Source: Candidatus Wukongarchaeum yapensis | Lineage (GTDB): Archaea; Asgardarchaeota; Wukongarchaeia; Wukongarchaeales; Wukongarchaeaceae | Direction of reading: 5' to 3' | NCBI GenBank assembly: GCA_016840425.1 | Contig: JAEOSI010000089.1 | Location: 1 to 8,242, forward strand | Length of the DNA: 8,242 bases | Part shown: piece after piece, positions 1 to 6,190 of the stretch | Numbering within the stretch: the first letter of the stretch is position 1 | Layout of the letters: every line of letters begins with the position of its first letter | Notes under the pieces: generated by a model | Databases searched by the model: none | Told to the model about the DNA's origin: nothing | The model's input: only the letters and a program-made list of their open reading frames with translations | Made by a program: the position numbers and the translations under genes

Positions 1-1
1 A

Positions 2-265
2 ATCTTGGAAAAAATTCTTTATAACGTGAAAATAACTTATAACAAAGCAAAAATTATTCATTCAGACCTTTCCGAACATAACGTGGTAATTACACCAGAA
101 GAAGACATTTTAATAATTGATTGGCCACAGTTTGTCGTTATCACCCATCCAAATTCCGAATTTTTATTAAGGAGGGATTTAGAAAACATCATAAACTTCT
201 TTCACAGAAAATTTCACATAGAAAAACTTGATGTTCAAACGGTATTAGAATATATATGGGAGTAA
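2..265 (+). CDS. rio2: RIO2-type atypical Ser/Thr kinase, C-terminal part (5'-truncated by window edge)
   Basis: Catalytic loop IIHSDLSEHNV and metal-binding loop IIDWPQ (the DWPQ form is typical of RIO2), followed by HPNSEFLLRRDLENI; TAA at 263-265; frame open to the left edge. Confidence 0.9.
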   Translation: MLEKILYNVKITYNKAKIIHSDLSEHNVVITPEEDILIIDWPQFVVITHPNSEFLLRRDLENIINFFHRKFHIEKLDVQTVLEYIWE

Positions 266-549
266 ATTTTCCCTTATAGAGGTCGAGGTAGTTTTTTTCT
301 TGCTTTGATGTTCTTTCTTCTTTTCCGCTGTGTTTTTTCGTTTTTCTGCGTGGAAACCTGTTTTTTCATCATTTTAGTTTCTTTTTAAAGGTTGTTTTTG
401 TTCTTCATTGTTTTTTCTTTTTTTCGTGAACTTAGAATTTAGAATTTCACTTTCGCTTTTTTTAGTTTTTCTTTTTTATTCGTTTTTAAGCCTAATATAT
501 TCCCTTTTACCCCCCTCTCCTACATAAATAAAAAGGGAGAGACGGAAGT

Positions 550-816
550 AGAGGATATAACCGAACCGTCGTCGGGGTTCAGATCCTACCTCGTTGACCT
601 AACACGTTCGATCCTCGAAAACACTGAAGAACTACGTGAGAATCGTAGCACCAGCCGCAAACAGGTACTATGCGGTGTCGTAGATCTTATAAAGAATGAA
701 GGTCTTTTTACCTTCGAAGGTCAACGATCCAAAGAAAAAACCCTCAAAGGATCAAAGCCTTTAAAAGAGCTCATAAAGGCTTCTGAGGGCGGTTTTCCAG
801 TACCGAGGTAGTACCT
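550..816. ncRNA. Candidate structured non-coding RNA, family unassigned
   Basis: Complementary segments (+ coordinates): 591-600/718-727 (10 bp), 586-593/804-811 (8 bp), 663-670/809-816 (8 bp), 755-763/774-782 (9 bp), 741-746/784-789 (6 bp), 627-636/679-688 (9 of 10), 655-659/671-675, 698-703/710-715, 610-615/748-753, 563-567/576-580. No tRNA, RNase P, SRP or riboswitch signature recognised. Confidence 0.45.
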
Positions 817-856
817 TTTGGCGAGTTTTGAAAACGAGGATGGAGAACACCTAGGT

Positions 857-2971
857 GTGGACATACTGGGCGTGGATATATTAGCAGGCTCTTCTGTTTT
901 TTCAAGACCAAGATATGCCGCGGTTCTTCTGCAAGAAGGTGAGATAATTGACCGTTATCCCGATCTCAGTAAGCGGAGACTTTTAAGACTGATAAGAGAG
1001 TTGTCCCCCTCTTATGTGGCTTCAGACAACATTTTTGAACTGGTTGATGATAGAAGGAAGCTTAGGGCCTTATGCGCTGCTTTTCCGCTCAAAACGAAGC
1101 TGGTACAAGTTACTGGAAGTCCCTATCACGGGTTTAAACCCCTAAGAGAGATCAGTAAGCTTTACAACATCCCCTTCTCAGGGAAACCTAATCCGATGCA
1201 AACAGCAGAAATTGTAGCAAGGCTCGTAGATTTAGGAATAGGTTTCATAGTAGCGCCTTTCACAGATGAAACAAAAATAATCGTATCAAAGAGTCGCCAT
1301 CTAGGCCCTGGAGGTTGGTCTGAAAAACGTTATGCCCGAAAAATTCGGGGCGCAATACAAAAAATGGCAAGAGAAATAACTGAAAAACTTGAAGAAAAGT
1401 CCCTAGATTTTGATTATTATGAAAAACGTTCAGAATTCGGTCTTGATAAAGCGGTTTTTCATGTCTATGCCCCGAAAAAAGAGATTGATTCCTTTATTAA
1501 AAGAATGCGGACAAGCTTAATACAGGTCAAAGTTGAACCAGTGCCAAGTAAAACTACAACTTACCGCCCTATTAATGAAGAAATATTAACGGATTTAGAC
1601 CTTTTTCCTTGGCCTGTTGGAGGAGAAGAAGAAAGGAGGCTTTTACCCTTAATAGTGGGGATAGATGCAGGCACTACGACCGCCATTGCCATAATGGACT
1701 TTTCAGGCAATCTCCTTCACTTGTCAAGTAGTCGTGAATGTTCGAGAAGCGAGATAATAAAACTAATAATAAGGTATGGAAAACCTGCAATAATCGCGTC
1801 AGATGTTCCCCATACCCCCTCATTGTTAGCGAAGTTAGCTGCAACCTTTCAAGTAAAAGTACATAATCCTAAAGAGGATATCGCCGTCAGTGCAAAAACC
1901 GAACTAGTAAACAGTTTTCTCGAGGAAAATATCTTCATAAACGATAAACCAAGTAATGCCCATGAACGTGATGCCTTAACAGCAGCAATCCTTGTCTTTA
2001 AAAACTATAAAAACCTCTTTCAAAAAATAGATTCAAAAATAGAATTACAAAAACTTGGTATAAATCCTGAAGCTGTAAAAGTTTTAGTCATACAAGGAAT
2101 GAAAATCAGTGATGCTATAATGCGAATAGCAAACGAAAAAGCAAAGGAAAAAGAACTCTTAGAAACTATAAGATCAAAAGAAGTTCCACAAGAAAGAGAA
2201 ATCCAAAATGGAGAAAAAATAGACGAAGATACTGACCAGCGCTTAGTTAACCGGTTAAAACGGCGTTTGGACGCCTCAAGAAAACAATATGACTTCCTTG
2301 AACAGCAAAATGAAGAACTTAAACATAAATTAGAAGCAAATCAAAACCGCATATCTGAACTTGAAAAACAGTTGGAATATCTCCGATCAGAAAAAGCTAA
2401 AGATTTAACCATTAAAAGATTGCATATCCAACATCAATTTGAAGTAAAAAGGCTTGAAGAAGGCAAAAAGAATCTCTTTAAAGAGACAGAACTATTAAAA
2501 GATGAAATAAATAGGTTAAAAGAAGCAATATTATTAGCTTCAGATCCCGAATTAGTACCAATAAAAGTTATCCCTGACTTTTCCCTTGAAACAATCGAAA
2601 AAGCTATCACCGAGCTGAAAATCGCGGAAAAAGACATAGTTTTGATAAAAAGTCTTTCAGGGGCAGGTAGTTCCACAGCAAAAATCCTCGCAGAAACTGG
2701 CATAAAAACGATCATAGTCCCAAAATCATCCTCCATCCCTCAAAACGCCCTCTCAATATTAAAAGAAAAAAACACCATCTTACTTGAAGAAGAAAAATTA
2801 GAAATCCTGTTTAAAGAACCTTTTGCTTTCATGAGAAAAAACCTCTTTGAAGAGGCCGTAAAGCAAGCAGAACAAAAACTAGAAGAAGAACAAGAAGGAC
2901 TTCTTAAAGAACGTTTAGGAAAAATGGTAAGCGAATACAGGTTTCTACGCCGAAAAGAACTCACAGAATGA
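857..2971 (+). CDS. DUF460 / COG2433 family protein (two RNase H-like folds plus long coiled coil; predicted RuvC/YqgF-like nuclease)
   Basis: N-terminal ILGVDILAG strand, central IVGIDAGTTTAIA, ASDV and NAHERDALTAA motifs, heptad-rich region around aa 475-575 of the listed ORF. Frame is open from TTG 818; GTG 857 preferred because homologues typically start just before the ILGVDI motif. Confidence 0.85.
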   Translation: MDILGVDILAGSSVFSRPRYAAVLLQEGEIIDRYPDLSKRRLLRLIRELSPSYVASDNIFELVDDRRKLRALCAAFPLKTKLVQVTGSPYHGFKPLREISKLYNIPFSGKPNPMQTAEIVARLVDLGIGFIVAPFTDETKIIVSKSRHLGPGGWSEKRYARKIRGAIQKMAREITEKLEEKSLDFDYYEKRSEFGLDKAVFHVYAPKKEIDSFIKRMRTSLIQVKVEPVPSKTTTYRPINEEILTDLDLFPWPVGGEEERRLLPLIVGIDAGTTTAIAIMDFSGNLLHLSSSRECSRSEIIKLIIRYGKPAIIASDVPHTPSLLAKLAATFQVKVHNPKEDIAVSAKTELVNSFLEENIFINDKPSNAHERDALTAAILVFKNYKNLFQKIDSKIELQKLGINPEAVKVLVIQGMKISDAIMRIANEKAKEKELLETIRSKEVPQEREIQNGEKIDEDTDQRLVNRLKRRLDASRKQYDFLEQQNEELKHKLEANQNRISELEKQLEYLRSEKAKDLTIKRLHIQHQFEVKRLEEGKKNLFKETELLKDEINRLKEAILLASDPELVPIKVIPDFSLETIEKAITELKIAEKDIVLIKSLSGAGSSTAKILAETGIKTIIVPKSSSIPQNALSILKEKNTILLEEEKLEILFKEPFAFMRKNLFEEAVKQAEQKLEEEQEGLLKERLGKMVSEYRFLRRKELTE

Positions 2972-2982
2972 TCTCAATCCCT

Positions 2983-2987
2983 TTTAA
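2983..2987 (+). other. Left cleavage site / transposon-adjacent motif TTTAA of mini-element copy 1
   Basis: Identity between the two repeat copies begins at TTTTAA (2982 / 5983); TTAA is the cleavage site predicted from the AAGT guide tetranucleotide at the foot of the left hairpin. Confidence 0.7.
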
Positions 2988-3050
2988 CTTCTTCGGCGAG
3001 AAGTCCCCTCGCGAAAGCTGGGGGATGAAAGCCGAACAATAATAATAAAC

Positions 3051-3058
3051 TATTTATA
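3051..3058 (+). promoter_or_regulatory. Archaeal TATA-like box inside mini-element copy 1
   Basis: TATTTATA after an A-rich tract, about 26-30 nt upstream of the first scaffold hairpin (3087); conserved in copy 2. Confidence 0.5.
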
Positions 3059-3083
3059 GTCATAAGAATAACAAGATAGAAGA

Positions 3084-3131
3084 GTAGGACAGGGACTGTC
3101 CGAATTTACGCCTGTGAAGATGGATGAATAA
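3084..3131 (+). pseudogene. tnpB: tnpB C-terminal relic (VGQGLSEFTPVKMDE*)
   Basis: Translation resembles the G-Q-G-x-x-E-x-T-P-V-E tail common at the end of IS605/IS1341 TnpB proteins; upstream in-frame TAA at 3069, no RuvC or zinc-finger coding sequence left. Confidence 0.7.
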
Positions 3132-3206
3132 TGATGATCCCGTCGTTGAAACAGGAAGCTCCCTGCAAAAGCTGGGAGTAGTTCACATTAGTAGTCCGCG
3201 TCTCCA
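3084..3206 (+). ncRNA. Predicted TnpB omega-RNA (reRNA): ~103-nt scaffold plus flank-derived guide ATTAGTAGTCCGCGTCTCCA
   Basis: Hairpin GGACAG/CTGTCC (3087-3101), stem CCTGT/ACAGG (3111-3115/3151-3155) with inner GGAT/ATCC, right-end hairpin, and TGAA(3147-3150)/TTCA(3182-3185) pairing as in the terminal pseudoknot of TnpB reRNAs. The 5' end and guide length are inferred. Confidence 0.7.
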
Positions 3207-3256
3207 CAATACCCCCTAAAAAACAACTAAAAACAAACCATCCATTATTCTTTATT

Positions 3257-3502
3257 CTAATCAATAAATGTTGAATCTATTTGTATCCAAAGCACATTAT
3301 TACCCCGAAGAAAAACCTCTCCATACCTCGAAGATGGTTCTCCGTCTATGTATTCAATCGCATCATCAAGCTCTAAATTCATGAAATTATCCATCGCTCT
3401 AAGTTGCCCTTTGATTTCGCGTCCATCCTTTAATTTAACTTTTATTATGTTACCTTGAATTTTTTCCAAAACTTTTATTGGTTGTTTTTGAGATGAGGAC
3501 AG
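3257..3502 (-). CDS. Sm-like archaeal protein (SmAP/Lsm), 81 aa, probable CTG start
   Basis: Sm1 motif IKVKLKDGREIKGQLRAMDNFMNLELDDAIE and Sm2 motif YGEVFLRGNNVLWI. Frame extends upstream of the listed TTG (3469) through the conserved-type QPIKVL helix to CTG at 3502-3500, 7 nt after GGAGGTG. Stop is TAG. Confidence 0.93.
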   Translation of the reverse strand: MSSSQKQPIKVLEKIQGNIIKVKLKDGREIKGQLRAMDNFMNLELDDAIEYIDGEPSSRYGEVFLRGNNVLWIQIDSTFID

Positions 3503-3509
3503 CCTTTTA

Positions 3510-3516
3510 CACCTCC
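3510..3516 (-). promoter_or_regulatory. Shine-Dalgarno GGAGGTG of the Sm-like gene
   Basis: + strand CACCTCC at 3510-3516 reads GGAGGTG on the minus strand, 7 nt upstream of CTG. Confidence 0.75.
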
Positions 3517-4017
3517 ATTATAAAACAAAAGATTTGTAGAGGACAATCTTTTTAAGCATTATGCAAACCACATGCTCCTTCTTTAACCAACATCTATTTT
3601 TTATTAGCCTTTCTAAGCAGTCTTCAAAGATCTTTAAACAGACTAAAAGTAAACAAAGACTACGAAAAAATTTTTAGAATATAATACACAAAGAAATAAT
3701 TTAATAATATATTTATTTTCTGAGCTTCATCTTCTTTTTCAATTATTCTATTTAAAAATATACCGTTTTTTATTAAAATTCTTTTCTTCCTAATCTATCT
3801 ATCCTTAAGTGATTAATTAAAAAATTTTAAAAATTTAAGGCAATTTCTCTGAAAAATACAATAAACTTAGCTTTTATATTGCTATTTAAGACTTAAAAAA
3901 AGTTAAAAGTTATGCCATCATATAATAACAGATGAGGGATGTCAGGATTAGTAGGCAAAAAGATCTACTCAGTAAAACAAAGAAACATGTAAAGGGGCGA
4001 AATAGGGACTGAAAACA

Positions 4018-5871
4018 ATGAAATCTGAAGAAATAACTGAAGAAAAAACAGTCAAAGTAGAAGAGGAGGAAGAAAAAGAGGAGGAAATCATCAAGAAAAA
4101 AGGATTACGCTTACTTGTTGAACATTCCGACACCGAAGATATAATACTAGGTTCAAAAAACGAACTAAAAAACTATGAGGCTAAAGACACTGCAAGCATA
4201 ATAAACCCCGCAGTAAAAGAAAATGTCTGGAAAATACGTTTTGATGTAGAATCCTCAAACACGAATATGAACCCAGGTTCCTATGCGGTTGGAGACATTT
4301 TAGCTGCAACACACTGGTCCCGAGGGTACGCGCTCAAAACTACTTCTCCCCTCTTAAACCTCAAAGAAGAGATAGACACTGACTTTTCAGACGAAGAGGA
4401 GCTAAACTTTGCAAGAAAAGACTTTATATTCAACAAAATGTGCAAAACACTATTCCGAATAACATTAGAAAATACCCATGAAAACCTCAAATTATCAAAC
4501 ATAAATCTTCAGAAAAAAATGCCCGAAATTCTTGATTTTCCACCAAGAATCCTAGAGCCCTTTAAAGGCAGTATCAACTTTGATGACTTAAACAACTCAA
4601 TAGATTGGAAAATTAAAGAACTAAACCCCGGAGAAACATCAGTTTTAAACGTTGTGGGAGTAGGAAAGATTAACAAATCAGAAAAAATAGGCGCCGGCGA
4701 CATAAACGTAGATTATGAAGTTCATGACGGCGATATATCCAACATAAAATTCTCCCTAGACTCTTTGTGTAGGATAATGTTCTATGTAGAATCAAGCGAA
4801 GCAGAAGAACCTGGAGTCTGGAACTGTATAGCCCAATTTGACGGCAACGATGAATTCGAAACCCTACTAGAACACGTAAAAATTACAAAAGAAGACCAAC
4901 TAGTTCTTGATGAATACCCAAACAAAATAGTGTCTGCCGGAGGAAGTTGGAGTAGCGGATTCCAAGTTAAAAGCGAAGAACTACCTGTTTTCACAAAATC
5001 AATAAAATATCGCATACCTTGGGATATCAAACGCTTAGTTAAAAGCCATATAAGAAAGATTGGGGACCAAATTTCCGTAGTACGCATTACATGTCAAAAA
5101 ACCTTTGTTCCAGAAACTGTGAGAACCTATGCAAGGACAAAAGTAACTATAACCTCCACAGTAACAAACCAAGGAACCTCTAAAATAGACCTCCTAAAAA
5201 TCAAAGAAACAATCCCACCGTATTTCACCTTGGATCCAACTTCAGTCACCGTTACAGCAAATGGTTTTGATTTAAAAGACGCTTTTAGGCTAGAAGGCGG
5301 AACCGGTGATCCTTTGGAAAATAAACCTGTAACTTTCATCCTCGAAAATCTAATCAACAGTAATATAGGGGGTTTAAAGCCAGGATTAACCCTTGCCCTA
5401 AAATACGAAGTAGAAGCAGTAAAACCCGTACCCGGTGAATCATATCATTTTCCCTTAGAAGTTGAAGCTTTTCCTTCACCCTCTACAAAAAACCCTGCCA
5501 CAGCAATAGTCTACACTCCAAAAGGAACGTCTCCAGAAGTCCAGGTCATATACACAAAAAGAAGTATAGGTGTAGGAAAGTCCATAACACATATAGCCGG
5601 AGGAGCTTTCGAAGTAATGCTCTTAATTAAAAACCCCGGCGCAGTAACCCTCGAAGAAATCTTAGTAGAAGACGCCATACCCTACGGCTTTGATTTTGAA
5701 AATTACGAACCAAAAAGCCTTGTTTGCGAATCAAAGGAAGAGGGAAAAGAAAAAACATTCACTTGGAAAATACCAAAAATAGATCCTGGAGCAAAAATCA
5801 TCATAACTTACAATGTAAAAGGAGCGGGAGAACTCCCAAACAAAGAACCAAAAGCAACAGTACTAGGCTAA
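4018..5871 (+). CDS. Hypothetical 617-aa protein with repeated DUF11-like Ig/beta-sandwich modules, acidic N-terminus
   Basis: Long ORF with ATG start. Three segments share the pattern (V/I)xxxxxN...(I/L)xxxxxxxxxP..F...(W/L)xIxx(L/I)xPGxxxx(L/I)x(Y/V)xV at aa ~145-216, ~374-470 and ~531-602. No signal peptide or transmembrane stretch visible. Confidence 0.8.
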   Translation: MKSEEITEEKTVKVEEEEEKEEEIIKKKGLRLLVEHSDTEDIILGSKNELKNYEAKDTASIINPAVKENVWKIRFDVESSNTNMNPGSYAVGDILAATHWSRGYALKTTSPLLNLKEEIDTDFSDEEELNFARKDFIFNKMCKTLFRITLENTHENLKLSNINLQKKMPEILDFPPRILEPFKGSINFDDLNNSIDWKIKELNPGETSVLNVVGVGKINKSEKIGAGDINVDYEVHDGDISNIKFSLDSLCRIMFYVESSEAEEPGVWNCIAQFDGNDEFETLLEHVKITKEDQLVLDEYPNKIVSAGGSWSSGFQVKSEELPVFTKSIKYRIPWDIKRLVKSHIRKIGDQISVVRITCQKTFVPETVRTYARTKVTITSTVTNQGTSKIDLLKIKETIPPYFTLDPTSVTVTANGFDLKDAFRLEGGTGDPLENKPVTFILENLINSNIGGLKPGLTLALKYEVEAVKPVPGESYHFPLEVEAFPSPSTKNPATAIVYTPKGTSPEVQVIYTKRSIGVGKSITHIAGGAFEVMLLIKNPGAVTLEEILVEDAIPYGFDFENYEPKSLVCESKEEGKEKTFTWKIPKIDPGAKIIITYNVKGAGELPNKEPKATVLG

Positions 5872-5983
5872 AACTAAAAATACCAAAAATAAGACATCCC
5901 TCAACCCCTAACTATCCTTTTCGTAAAACAAGAATATTAGGCGGCTTTTCTCCTTCTTTTTCCCTTAAATTTTTGAAAATCTT

Positions 5984-5988
5984 TTTAA
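5984..5988 (+). other. Left cleavage site / transposon-adjacent motif TTTAA of mini-element copy 2
   Basis: Same TTTAA immediately before CTTCTTCGGCGAG as in copy 1; sequence further upstream is unrelated. Confidence 0.7.
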
Positions 5989-6190
5989 CTTCTTCGGCGA
6001 GAAGTCCCCTTGTGAAAACTGGGGGATGAAAGCCGAACAATAATAATAATCAACTATTTATAATCATAAGAATAACAATATAGAAGATTAGGACAGGGAC
6101 TGTCCGAATTTACGCCTGCGGAGATGGATGAATAATGATGATCCCGTCGTTGAAACAGGAAGCTCCCTGCAAAAGCTGGAAGTAGTTCAC
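5989..6190 (+). mobile_element. Non-autonomous IS200/IS605-family mini-element (PATE/MITE-like), copy 2, 202 bp
   Basis: Aligns to 2988-3186 with 9 substitutions and a 3-nt insertion (6050-6052); identity stops sharply after GTAGTTCAC (6190). Confidence 0.9.
6055..6062 (+). promoter_or_regulatory. Archaeal TATA-like box inside mini-element copy 2
   Basis: TATTTATA(A), same position relative to the scaffold as in copy 1. Confidence 0.5.

Larger units (their letters stand above)
2988..3186 (+). mobile_element. Non-autonomous IS200/IS605-family mini-element (PATE/MITE-like), copy 1, 199 bp
   Basis: Left end: TTCGGC(2992-2997)/GCCGAA(3031-3036) enclosing hairpin CCCCT-C-GC-GAAA-GC-T-GGGGG. Right end: hairpin CTCCC-T-GC-AAAA-GC-T-GGGAG (3159-3178) then TAGTTCAC. 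No terminal inverted repeats or target duplication. Near-identical copy at 5989-6190 with unrelated flanks. Confidence 0.9.

Noticed and set aside
274-372. Minus-strand 32-aa basic ORF MMKKQVSTQKNEKTQRKRRKNIKARKKLPRPL
   Set aside because: Lys/Arg richness follows from the extreme A-richness of that strand; no match to small ribosomal proteins I know (eL41, eS30) and no clear RBS.
550-816. Assignment of the structured segment to RNase P, SRP, 5S rRNA, group I/II intron, hammerhead or HEARO/IscB omega-RNA
   Set aside because: Only short look-alikes (GGAAAACCGCCC, GTTCAGA..CTA, ACGGTTCGG, CTGAAGA, GTTGACC..CTACG..ACACC) occur; order, spacing or helix topology do not fit, and no iscB or RT gene is adjacent.
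854-883. Apparent tandem duplication GVDIL-GVDIL at the DUF460 N-terminus
   Set aside because: Imperfect at DNA level and explained by a start at GTG 857 followed by the normal ILGVDI motif.
2434-2964. Minus-strand ORFs 2434-2736 and 2740-2964
   Set aside because: Antisense shadows of the DUF460 gene; Ser/Phe-rich composition mirrors Glu/Lys codons, no motifs.
3520-4017. AT-rich ~500-bp divergent intergenic region as replication origin or small-gene locus
   Set aside because: No ORB-like repeats or cdc6 neighbour recognised; short ORFs (under 40 aa) lack motifs. Probably divergent promoters, but I cannot place them reliably.
4281-5357. Minus-strand ORFs 4281-4502, 4509-4703, 4782-5087, 5127-5357
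   Set aside because: Antisense shadows inside the 617-aa gene with no recognisable domains.
5724-6029. 101-aa + strand ORF overlapping the end of the 617-aa gene and running into mini-element copy 2
   Set aside because: Out-of-frame overlap, low-complexity K/R-rich product, and it ends inside the element's left hairpin; not a tnpA remnant.
2988-6190. CRISPR array or tRNA interpretation of the repeats
   Set aside because: Only two 200-bp copies 3 kb apart, with no repeat-spacer periodicity or cloverleaf; ends match IS200/IS605.
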